A DNA stretch of 64,000 bases from an uncultured Chloroflexia bacterium (GTDB lineage: Bacteria; Chloroflexota; Limnocylindria; Limnocylindrales; CSP1-4), in contig CAWEZH010000002.1 in assembly GCA_963813535.1 (NCBI GenBank), positions 768,001 to 832,000 on the forward strand, read 5' to 3'. Every line of letters begins with the position of its first letter. Within the stretch, counting starts at the first letter, position 1. Shown here piece by piece: positions 18,110 to 26,686 of this stretch. The notes below the pieces were generated by a model. That model saw only the letters and a list, made by a program, of their open reading frames with translations. It did not search any database and had not been told where the DNA came from. The position numbers and the translations under genes were made by a program.

Positions 18110-20419
18110 ATGGACCCCGTCCTCGCTGCGGCACGGCCCGCGTTCGATCCTGCGGACGTCGTCGATATCGCTCGACGGACGTTCGACGTCGAGTCGGGCG
18201 GCGCCCGCGATCTCGGCAGCGAGCGCGACCAGGCGTTCCTCCTCCTCGACGCGTCGGATCGTCCGCTGGCGGTCATGAAGGTGTCGAACATCGCCGAGGA
18301 CCCGCGGACGCTCGACATGGAGGCGCTTGCGGTCCTCCATGCGAGCCGGGTGGATCCCATGTTGCCGTTGGCGATCCCGTGGCTCGCGCCCGGCGCCGCG
18401 AGCACGTCCGTGGACCCGGTCGACCGTCGCGTCCCGATCTCGGCCGCGGACGGCGACCACCACGTCCGCATGTACTCCGTGCTGCCGGGACGGACACGGG
18501 TGGACGCCATGGACCTGTCAGATGCCGCCCTCGGCGAATGGGGTGAGGTGGCGGCGCGAGTCGGTCGCGCGTTGCGCGGCTTCTTCCATCCGTCGGCGCA
18601 GCGCACGATGCTCTGGGACGTCCAGCACGCCGCACGATCGCGCGAGCTGCTCGGAGCGATCCGTGACACCGATCACCGCGATCTCGTGGAGGTCGTGCTC
18701 GACCGCTTCGAAACCACGGTCATGCCGGTGTGGCCAGCACTGCGCGCGCAGGTCGTCCACGGCGACCTGACCACAGACAACGCCCTCACCGACGCCGCCG
18801 GCATGGTCAGCGGCATCGTCGATTTCGGCGACATGAGTCACAGCGCGCTGGTCACCGATCTCGCATCGCTGCTCGACTCGCTGCTCAACGACAGGACCGA
18901 CGACGAGCTCTTCCGCTCTGCGCGGCTGGTGCTCGACGGCTACCAGCGGATCACGCCACTCGAGCCGGTCGAGCTGCGCCTCCTGCCGGAGCTCTTGGCA
19001 GCCCGTGCCGCGGTCACGATCGCGATCTCGTCGTGGCGCGCCGGGCGCGGTCTCGAGGACGCGACGTTCGCGGAGCGCTACAACGGGTCGGTCGCCGCGA
19101 CGATCCGCACGCTGCTCGATGTCGGCTGGGACGAGGCTGCTCGCCGGTTCGGTGCCGCGAGCCACGCATCTCCGTCGAGTGGCCTTGCTGCGCGGCGGGA
19201 GGCCGTGCTCGGACCGGCGATGGAGGCACTCACGTACGAGGAGCCGATCCACGTCGTGAGCGCGAGCGGCGTGTGGATGACGGCGGCCGACGGGCGTCGG
19301 TACCTCGACGCGTACAACAACGTCCCGTGCGTCGGGCACGGCCATCCGCGGGTCGCCGAGGCGATCGCCCGGCAGGGTCGACAGGTCAACACCAACATGC
19401 GCTACCTGCACGAGACGGCGATCGAGCTTGCCGAGCGGCTCGTGGCGACGATGCCACCCGAGGCCGGCCTCGACACCGTCATGTTCGTGAACTCGGGATC
19501 GGAGGCGAACGACGTCGCGTGGCGGCTGGCGACGAGTTTCACGGGGAACGACGGGGCGCTCTGTACCGCCTTCGCGTACCACGGCGTGACCGAAGCCACC
19601 GCCGCCTTGTCACCCGAGTCGTGGCAGGCCTCGCGCCGGCCGGCACATGTCGAGACCTGGGCGCCACCGGACCGCCTGCGCGGGTCGAACCTCGACGGCG
19701 AGCCGTTCAGCGCGGCGGTCGCCCGGCTCCGGGAGCGCGGGCTCGCCCCGGCCGCGACGATCCTCGACGGTGTGCTGACGAGCGACGGCTTCCTCGACGC
19801 GGGCCCGGCCCTTGCCGCGGAGTGGCTCGCGGCGACCCGGGCGGCCGGGGGCCTGTGGATCGCCGACGAGGTCCAGGGCGGTCACGGTCGCACCGGACGG
19901 GACATGTGGTCGTTCCAGCGCCTGGGCATCACGCCCGACATCGTCACGCTCGGCAAGCCGATGGGCAACGGCCACCCGGTCGGGGCGGTCGTGACCCGCC
20001 GGGAGATCGCAGCCAGGTTCGCGGACGAGACGGTGTTCTTCAGTACGTTCGGCGGCAACCCCGTCTCCGCGGCGGCAGCCATCGCCGTATTGGACGTCAT
20101 CGACGACGAGTGCGTGCTGGAGCGCGTCACGCTCGTCGGAGCCGCGCTGGTCGACGCGATCCGGTCGGTCGCCCTGCCCTACCCCGCCGTCCGCGACGTG
20201 CGCGGGGTGGGTCTGGCGATCGGCGTCGAGATCACGGACGTCGACACGGCTCGCGCGATCAAGGAGGACCTGCGCCGGCGCGGCGTTCTGATCGGCACCG
20301 CCGGTCGTGATGGGAATGTCTTGAAGGTCCGTCCGCCCCTGGCCTTCTCCGTGGCCGACGTCCGGGTGTTCGCGGACGCCCTGGCGGCGACCCTCGCTTC
20401 TCTCGGAGCGGGCGCCTAA
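18110..20419 (+). CDS. Fusion of an APH-family (hydroxylysine-kinase-like) phosphotransferase and a class-III PLP aminotransferase/phospho-lyase
   Basis: N-terminal [21 protein letters not shown]; C-terminal [53 protein letters not shown]. Confidence 0.88.
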   Translation: MDPVLAAARPAFDPADVVDIARRTFDVESGGARDLGSERDQAFLLLDASDRPLAVMKVSNIAEDPRTLDMEALAVLHASRVDPMLPLAIPWLAPGAASTSVDPVDRRVPISAADGDHHVRMYSVLPGRTRVDAMDLSDAALGEWGEVAARVGRALRGFFHPSAQRTMLWDVQHAARSRELLGAIRDTDHRDLVEVVLDRFETTVMPVWPALRAQVVHGDLTTDNALTDAAGMVSGIVDFGDMSHSALVTDLASLLDSLLNDRTDDELFRSARLVLDGYQRITPLEPVELRLLPELLAARAAVTIAISSWRAGRGLEDATFAERYNGSVAATIRTLLDVGWDEAARRFGAASHASPSSGLAARREAVLGPAMEALTYEEPIHVVSASGVWMTAADGRRYLDAYNNVPCVGHGHPRVAEAIARQGRQVNTNMRYLHETAIELAERLVATMPPEAGLDTVMFVNSGSEANDVAWRLATSFTGNDGALCTAFAYHGVTEATAALSPESWQASRRPAHVETWAPPDRLRGSNLDGEPFSAAVARLRERGLAPAATILDGVLTSDGFLDAGPALAAEWLAATRAAGGLWIADEVQGGHGRTGRDMWSFQRLGITPDIVTLGKPMGNGHPVGAVVTRREIAARFADETVFFSTFGGNPVSAAAAIAVLDVIDDECVLERVTLVGAALVDAIRSVALPYPAVRDVRGVGLAIGVEITDVDTARAIKEDLRRRGVLIGTAGRDGNVLKVRPPLAFSVADVRVFADALAATLASLGAGA

Positions 20420-21654
20420 CCGGGGCCGGTGCCGACGATCACGAGGTCCCGCGGGAAGCCGGTGAGCCGCTCCATCCGTCTGGCCGTCGCGTCGATCGAC
20501 ACGAGATCCTCGATCCGCACCCCGATCTCGCCGTCGAGGTAGACACCGGGTTCGACCGAGAAGACCGTCGGGCTCGGCAGCGGCGCATCGGTCGCCCGCC
20601 TGCTGAGCGTCGGGGCCTCGTGCGTTGCGAGTCCGATGCCGTGGCCCAGGCTGTGCCCGAAGTGCTCGCCGTGCCCGGCGGCCCCGATGACCTCGCGGGC
20701 GATCGCATCGACCGCACGGCCCGACGGCAGGTCGCCACCTCGATCGAGCGCCTCCTGGAGCGCCTCCATCGCGGTCGCCTGGGCGCGTGCCACGAGCTCG
20801 TACACCTCGGCGTCGCGCGACGACGGCTCGCCCACGAACAGCGTTCGCGTCATGTCGCTTCGATAGCCACCGACCTGCGCGCCGAAGTCGAGCAGCAGGA
20901 CGGCGCGATCCGACACCGGCCGGTCTCCGGGTGCGCCGTGGGGCAGCGCCGCCTCCGGCCCGGACAGGCACGCGACGTCGAACGCGAGGGCCTCCGCACC
21001 GCTCGTGCGCATCGCCCATTCGAGCCGGAGCGCAAGGTCCCTCTCGCTGACACCCGGACGGATATCGGGCAGCAGCGCGGCAAGCGCGCGGTCGGCCACC
21101 GCGCAGGCCGCGGCGATCCGCTCGATCTCGGCGGGCTCCTTGGTCGCCCGATCCTGCTCGATCCAGCCTTCGATCGGCACGAGCTCGACGTCCGGTGCGG
21201 CGGCAGCCAGACGCTCCCAGACGGCGTGCGGGACGAACGCCGACTCGACACCGACCCGCTTCGCCCCGACCGAGCCGACGAGCTCGGGCCAGCGAGCCTG
21301 GAGGTCGCCGTAGACGATCTCGATCCTGGCCTCTGGCGCCTCGCGGCGGGCCTGGATCTCGTAGCGCGAATCGGCGAACAGGACGAGATCGTCGCCCGAT
21401 AGCAGGAATTGCCCGGAGTTCCCGGCGACCTTCTCCTCGCCGTCGGCGAGGATGAACCCCGTGAGGTAGCGCATGTGCTCGCGGCGGACGCCGAAGTACG
21501 CGTCCAAGCCCGCGCCGGCGAAGCGGTCGCGGACGCGTTCGCGACGGACGGGTCGGGCCGCCCTGTCAGCCTCCTCCCAACGCCGCAGGTCGGCCGGGGT
21601 CGGTGGCCCGGCGAAGTCGGCCGGGGTCGGCCACGCGGCACCGGCGAGCGTCAC
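20416..21654 (-). CDS. M24-family Xaa-Pro aminopeptidase/dipeptidase
   Basis: Creatinase-like N-domain (RYLTGF, DSRY); LLDFGA...YRSDMTRT, HSLGHGIGLATHE, SVEPGVY, GVRIED. Confidence 0.93.
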   Translation of the reverse strand: MTLAGAAWPTPADFAGPPTPADLRRWEEADRAARPVRRERVRDRFAGAGLDAYFGVRREHMRYLTGFILADGEEKVAGNSGQFLLSGDDLVLFADSRYEIQARREAPEARIEIVYGDLQARWPELVGSVGAKRVGVESAFVPHAVWERLAAAAPDVELVPIEGWIEQDRATKEPAEIERIAAACAVADRALAALLPDIRPGVSERDLALRLEWAMRTSGAEALAFDVACLSGPEAALPHGAPGDRPVSDRAVLLLDFGAQVGGYRSDMTRTLFVGEPSSRDAEVYELVARAQATAMEALQEALDRGGDLPSGRAVDAIAREVIGAAGHGEHFGHSLGHGIGLATHEAPTLSRRATDAPLPSPTVFSVEPGVYLDGEIGVRIEDLVSIDATARRMERLTGFPRDLVIVGTGPG

Positions 21655-23057
21655 GGGATGTAGCCGTATTTCTTCCGGTTCGCGTCGTGTTGCTTCTTGG
21701 TCTTGGCGAAGGCGTGCTTCCCATCGGTCTCGGGGATGGCCAGGAAGTAGATGTACTTGTCGGCCGTGTCTGGATGGAGCGCCGCGTCGATCGAGGCGAG
21801 CGTCGGTGTCGCGATCGGCCCGGGGATGAGCCCGGGCTGGGTGTACGTCTGGTAGCCCATCAGCTCCGGCGGCAGCGGGACCTCACGGAGCGGTGCTTCG
21901 GGCACGACCCAGAACCGATAGTCCTGCCACTTCTCGAAGTCGAGGGCGTCCAACTGGACGGTGTCGTTCGCGTAGAGGACCGTCGGATCGGCGTTGAGGA
22001 TCTTGTTCTTGATGCCCGGGATGCCGTCCATCCGGTTCTGGTACACGCCGGCGATGAGCGCCCGCTCTTCGTCGAGGACGGCCTCTCGCTCGACGATCGA
22101 GGCGAGCGAGAGGACCTGGTAGAACGTCAGCCCGCGATCCGCGGCGACCTTGAGCTTGTCGTCGCCGACCGCTGTGTGGAACCCGTCGAGCATCTTGCGG
22201 ATCAGCTCCTCGGGTGTCGTGTCGGGCAGCAATCGGTACGTCCCCGGCCAGAGGAAGCCCTCGAGCGATGCACCGTCGGGCGCATCCTGGAGGACACGAC
22301 GAAGCCACGGGTAGTCGGCGAGCAGCGCCTCGGGCGGCTCCTTGGCGAGCTCGTAGAACTCTCGCGGATCCATCTCGAGGGCCTCACCATCGGTCTTCTT
22401 CTTCTGCAGGAGCGCGGTGATCTGCTCGAGACGAAGCGCGGTCCGCAGGTCCACTTCGATGTACGGATTCGGCGGTGGGGCGAGCAGCGCCGAGACCAGC
22501 TGGTCTGGCGTCATGTTGCCGCGCAGCACGAATGTCCCCTGCTGGAGCGCGCCGGTGAGGTCGCGCTGACTGGCGAGGAAGATGAACGCCCGCGGATCGC
22601 GGATGAGACCCTCTGCGCCCAGGCGCGTGGCGATGGTCGACGCGGTGTCACCGTCTTCGACCACGAACTCGACCTGCTCGGCGTTGGTCGAGACCGGCTG
22701 GGTCAACGCCGTTCCGAGGTCCTCGCGCACGATGTCGGCCACGAACGGGAGACCCAGCGCCCCGGGGCTGTCTTCGGCCCAGGAGAGGATCGCGCCGTTG
22801 ACGAGCGGCCGCAACGCGGTGAGGGCGACGACCAGGACGAGGCCGGCCAGTAGGACCGCGAACAGCACGAACTTGATCAGCCCGACGACCCCGCCCCCAC
22901 CACTGCCTCGTCGGCGACCGTTTCGACCTTCCTTCCCGGACCGACGCGACGGTTCGAAGCCCTCCGGGACGTACTCGGTCGCGTAGGCGTCCGGCTCGTA
23001 GCGTCGGGCGTGCGGGGTTCGTCCGTCGCGCGGGCGGCCGCCCGAGCGGATCGTCAT
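21651..23057 (-). CDS. mltG: Endolytic transglycosylase MltG (YceG family)
   Basis: N-terminal TM; LEGFLWPGTY, LASIVERE (catalytic Glu), AGVYQNR, ADPTVLY, TYTQPGLIPGPIATP, YIYF. Confidence 0.92.
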   Translation of the reverse strand: MTIRSGGRPRDGRTPHARRYEPDAYATEYVPEGFEPSRRSGKEGRNGRRRGSGGGGVVGLIKFVLFAVLLAGLVLVVALTALRPLVNGAILSWAEDSPGALGLPFVADIVREDLGTALTQPVSTNAEQVEFVVEDGDTASTIATRLGAEGLIRDPRAFIFLASQRDLTGALQQGTFVLRGNMTPDQLVSALLAPPPNPYIEVDLRTALRLEQITALLQKKKTDGEALEMDPREFYELAKEPPEALLADYPWLRRVLQDAPDGASLEGFLWPGTYRLLPDTTPEELIRKMLDGFHTAVGDDKLKVAADRGLTFYQVLSLASIVEREAVLDEERALIAGVYQNRMDGIPGIKNKILNADPTVLYANDTVQLDALDFEKWQDYRFWVVPEAPLREVPLPPELMGYQTYTQPGLIPGPIATPTLASIDAALHPDTADKYIYFLAIPETDGKHAFAKTKKQHDANRKKYGYIP

Positions 23058-23551
23058 GGGGTCGTCTCCATCGTGGGCCGGGCCTGGGCGGACCTGATCT
23101 CGCGGCGGCTGTCGAGCTCATCTTGCAGGATGATCGCCGCGGCTTCCCGATCGACGCGCGCACGGTAGGCGTCACGCTGCGTCCGCGAAGGCGGCCCGCC
23201 GGATCGTCCGCGGCTCATCGGACCGAGTCTGGTCTCGGCCACGTGGCTGCTCAGCCGCTCGTCGCGCAGCCCGATCGAGACCCGCTCGCCGAGGTGCGTG
23301 GTGATCCCGTCGACCCAGGTGCGGGTCGCGGCGGCCTGTGGCCCCTCGTGCCCGGCCGCATCGATCGGCAACCCGACGATGAGCTGCGTGACGGCATGCC
23401 GCTCGATGAGCGTGAGCAGCGCGGCCGCATCCGCCTCCACCGTGCGTCCGCGGCGGAGCGTCACGAGGGCTCGGGCACCGACGTCCGGGCCGTCGGCGAT
23501 GGCCACGCCGATCCGGCGCTCCCCGAGATCGACGCCGAGCAGCGCGGTCAT
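23054..23551 (-). CDS. ruvX: YqgF/RuvX RNase H-like nuclease (pre-16S rRNA maturation)
   Basis: LLGVDLGERRIGVAI, IVGLP, DERLSS, VDREAAAIILQ. Confidence 0.93.
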   Translation of the reverse strand: MTALLGVDLGERRIGVAIADGPDVGARALVTLRRGRTVEADAAALLTLIERHAVTQLIVGLPIDAAGHEGPQAAATRTWVDGITTHLGERVSIGLRDERLSSHVAETRLGPMSRGRSGGPPSRTQRDAYRARVDREAAAIILQDELDSRREIRSAQARPTMETTP

Positions 23552-25422
23552 GGTTCGACGACCTCGGCCGTCCGAACGTCGACGCGCGCATCGAAGGTCG
23601 GGATCGTGCCGACCCAATCCGGCCAGACCGACAGCTCGGCCTGGCCGTACCTATCGAGGATGGCCTGGGCATCGGCCAGGGGCTTACCACGGATCTCGGC
23701 CTCGATCGCGGCCGGGTCGATCTGCAGCACCTGGCGTGCGGTGATGGTCACGGGGAACGAGATCACGCCGGCCTCGACCTGGCCGGGCGACGGCGTGACG
23801 TCGCTGGAACCCTCGACCAGCGCATAACCCTGTTCCACCTGCGGCGCGATGTTCGCGTCGGCGACCTCCTGGACTGCCGCCTCGTCGACCGCCTGGACCG
23901 TTCCGGTCGCCATCGCCCCAAGCTCGAACGATTCGATCTCGTCGCCGAGCAAGGTGGCCGGGTCCACGCTGTAGCTCGCCTCGCCGAGGACTCCCGTCTC
24001 CGGGAAGACGGTCGTGCCATCAGCGACCAATGTCGGGTCGGTCAGCTGCTCGGCAAAGGCCGTGGCGAGCTGGGCGTCGACCGCCTTGGTCGCGGCAGCG
24101 ATGTCGGCCTGGACGACGCGCGGGAACTCGTCCCGTTTCCCGCCTCGTGTCGGCTCGGGATTCGTCACGTCGAGGGTCACCGGGTTCTCATCGCGCGGGA
24201 TGACGTGGATCGCGTTGGCCTCGACGTTGCCCTCCGGTCCGGCGTTCGCGGCCCGCACCTTGACCGCCGCCGACGTCGGGAACACCTGGAGCCCGACGAG
24301 CTCGGCCGGCGGGATCGTGATCGAGCGCTCGGTCCGGAAGCGGATCCCGTTCTCGGTACTGACAGTGCTGCCCTTCGGGATCGTGTTGGAGTCGGTGAAA
24401 TCCTTGTTCCGGAAACGGACGGTGCCGGTCGCCGCAGTCTCCTCGACGCGCTTGCCGGTCACCTCGAACGGCATCGTCGCCTCGACCGGGATGTCCTTCG
24501 TGACCGCCGGGACCGTCCGGCCGACCGGATCCGGCTCGGTCGCCGAGGGATCCGCCACGATCCGCAGCGGGATCGGTCCGATCACGCTCTCGCGGGGCGC
24601 GATCACGGCGGTCGCCGTCGGCAGGAACACGAACGCGCCCACCCCACCGACGACGAGCGCCAGACCGAGGACGGCCGCCCCGGCCACGATCGGCGTTCGG
24701 CGCAGACCCGCTGCCAACCCCTCACCCGCCGGCACCGGCCTGACCCGGGAGCCAGCCGGGATCGGCTCGGACGGCGTGTCGGCCACGACCCGCGCCGCCG
24801 GGACGGCCGCAGGGGCGCGGTGCGAGGCGGTCACTGCCGCGTCGCGCGGCGGTGGGCCCGGCACGTCCGAGGGGAGCGCCGCCGCGCCGCCTGTCGTGGT
24901 GCCCGCCGCCGCGACCGTGGCTCCGGCAGCCGCCAGCCCGACGGGCCCGGCGGATCCCGGCGTGGCGTCGATGGCCGCACCGTCGCGGTCACCACGGGGC
25001 TTGCGTCCGCCGCTCCCTCGCGGTGATGCCCTCGATGCCCCCACGGCGGTCGCCGCGGCAGCGGCTGCTGTATGTCCCGTGTCGTCGCGTTCCTCAGCGG
25101 CCGCCTCAGGCGTTGCCTCGGCGGACGGAGCGACCGAGCCGCCCTCCTGCACCGACGATTCGTACTCGGTCACGCTCGCGAAGATCGGCAGACCAGCAGA
25201 CGCGGCCAGAGCGCGTGTCGCAGCGTCACTCGCCACGATCGCCAGTCGCTTGCCGTTCAGCGTCGCGTCCCGGGCGAGCAACCGGAAGTTGATGCGCGAC
25301 GTCGCCACCCGCGAGCCGTTCGGCAGCACGATCGCGATCCGGCTCGTCTCCGCGGCGCGCACGCGGGTCGCCGCGGTCGTGATCTCGTCGTCGATGTCGA
25401 GATACAGGATCCGGACGTCCAC
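23548..25422 (-). CDS. Bitopic membrane protein: STAS-like cytoplasmic N-domain, Ala/Pro linker, TM helix, extracellular baseplate-J/gp47-like region
   Basis: N-terminal YLDIDDEIT...SRINFRLL..GKRLAIV; TM IVAGAAVLGLALVVGGVGAFVFLP; ATGTVRFRN..IPKGSTVST.NGIRF, VRAANAGPEGNV.ANAI, VTNPEPTRGG resemble Baseplate_J motifs. Confidence 0.75.
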   Translation of the reverse strand: MDVRILYLDIDDEITTAATRVRAAETSRIAIVLPNGSRVATSRINFRLLARDATLNGKRLAIVASDAATRALAASAGLPIFASVTEYESSVQEGGSVAPSAEATPEAAAEERDDTGHTAAAAAATAVGASRASPRGSGGRKPRGDRDGAAIDATPGSAGPVGLAAAGATVAAAGTTTGGAAALPSDVPGPPPRDAAVTASHRAPAAVPAARVVADTPSEPIPAGSRVRPVPAGEGLAAGLRRTPIVAGAAVLGLALVVGGVGAFVFLPTATAVIAPRESVIGPIPLRIVADPSATEPDPVGRTVPAVTKDIPVEATMPFEVTGKRVEETAATGTVRFRNKDFTDSNTIPKGSTVSTENGIRFRTERSITIPPAELVGLQVFPTSAAVKVRAANAGPEGNVEANAIHVIPRDENPVTLDVTNPEPTRGGKRDEFPRVVQADIAAATKAVDAQLATAFAEQLTDPTLVADGTTVFPETGVLGEASYSVDPATLLGDEIESFELGAMATGTVQAVDEAAVQEVADANIAPQVEQGYALVEGSSDVTPSPGQVEAGVISFPVTITARQVLQIDPAAIEAEIRGKPLADAQAILDRYGQAELSVWPDWVGTIPTFDARVDVRTAEVVEP

Positions 25423-25423
25423 G

Positions 25424-26686
25424 TCAGACCTTCATCGCGCGGAGGACCCGCTTGAGCGCGACATCGAGCGGATCGGCGATCGTCTGGAGCTCGATCGCCT
25501 GGTACGCGAGACCGAGGGGTGTGACGTCCTGCTGGTCGACCAGGAGGTCGGTCGCGTCGACCACGGTCTCGATCTGGTCCGGAGCCAGGACGGTGACCTC
25601 CGGGGGCCGGGCGAAGGGCATCCGCTTCCAGAACGTCTCGGCGGCAAGCGCCTCGCGGATCTCAGGCAAGCGCGACCCACCGCCGCACAGGAAGATCCGG
25701 CCGGGCAGCAGATCGCCACCCGACAGTTCCTCCATCACGAGCTCGACACCGGCGGCCCACACGCGGACATCGTCGCCGATGATGTTCGCGATGTCCTCCC
25801 GGCCCTCGACCTCGAGTCCGCGGGCGTAGTCGACCTTCAGCGATTCGGCACGTGGGAACGGCAGGTCGAGCCGGTCGGCGATCGACTTCGTGAAGGCTCG
25901 GCCACCGAGCGCGAACATGCGCGTCCCCTCGATGCCGCCCTGGCGCACGAGGGCGACGTCGGTCGTGCCGCCGCCGACGTCGACGAACAGGGCACCGGTC
26001 TGGCGGATCTGGTCGGTGCCGAGGACCCGCGCCACCGCATACGGCTCGGCGACGATCTCGAGCAGCTCCAGATCGAGTTGCGACGCGACGCTCTGGAGCG
26101 CGCCGAGGTGCACGAGCGGCGCGAAGGCGTTGAAGATGCCGATCCTGACGTGACGGCCCTGGAACCCGACGGGGTTGGTCAGTGCATACCCATCGATCGA
26201 CGCGGACGTCACCGCCGCATGGACCAGCCGCACATCGACGTGCGGGAGTCCGGTCTCCCAGGTGATGGCGCGCTCGGCCTCGATCAGGGCCTCCCGCTGG
26301 ACGCCGTCGATCAGCTTCTGGAGCTCCGCCTCGGAGATCGGCTGGTCCGGACGTTTGCGCTCCTGGCTGTGCGTGGTCGTGAATCCCTTGACCAGCTCAC
26401 CGGCGATGCCGATGACGACCTGGCTCGGTCGGAAGCCGGCCATCTCCTCGGCTTCCTGGAGCGCCACCGCGCAGTTATCGACGACCGCCGCGATATCCGC
26501 GACGGTCCCTGATTGCATGTGCGAGAGGCCCTGCCTCTTGCGGCCGACGCCGCGCACCGTGCCGAGGCCCTCGTCGTCGATCTCGAAGACCAGGGCCTTG
26601 GCGAACTCGGTCCCGACGTCGAGAGCCGTGCACGCTGCCAGGTCGTCGGCCCCATCGCGTTGCCAGATCCGGCGCCAGAAGGCCAT
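25424..26686 (-). CDS. FtsA-like actin-family ATPase (paralog outside the dcw cluster)
   Basis: Phosphate-1 ALDVGTEFAK, SGTVADI, LQEAEEMAG, AEPYAVA, phosphate-2 VDVGGGTTD, GGRAFT..IA..L...AESLK, adenosine LCGGGSRL. Confidence 0.85.
   Translation of the reverse strand: MAFWRRIWQRDGADDLAACTALDVGTEFAKALVFEIDDEGLGTVRGVGRKRQGLSHMQSGTVADIAAVVDNCAVALQEAEEMAGFRPSQVVIGIAGELVKGFTTTHSQERKRPDQPISEAELQKLIDGVQREALIEAERAITWETGLPHVDVRLVHAAVTSASIDGYALTNPVGFQGRHVRIGIFNAFAPLVHLGALQSVASQLDLELLEIVAEPYAVARVLGTDQIRQTGALFVDVGGGTTDVALVRQGGIEGTRMFALGGRAFTKSIADRLDLPFPRAESLKVDYARGLEVEGREDIANIIGDDVRVWAAGVELVMEELSGGDLLPGRIFLCGGGSRLPEIREALAAETFWKRMPFARPPEVTVLAPDQIETVVDATDLLVDQQDVTPLGLAYQAIELQTIADPLDVALKRVLRAMKV

Noticed and set aside
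23548-25422. Baseplate-J similarity as evidence of a prophage, tailocin or T6SS
   Set aside because: No other tail, sheath, capsid or integrase-linked genes; the protein has a TM anchor and is embedded in a housekeeping operon.
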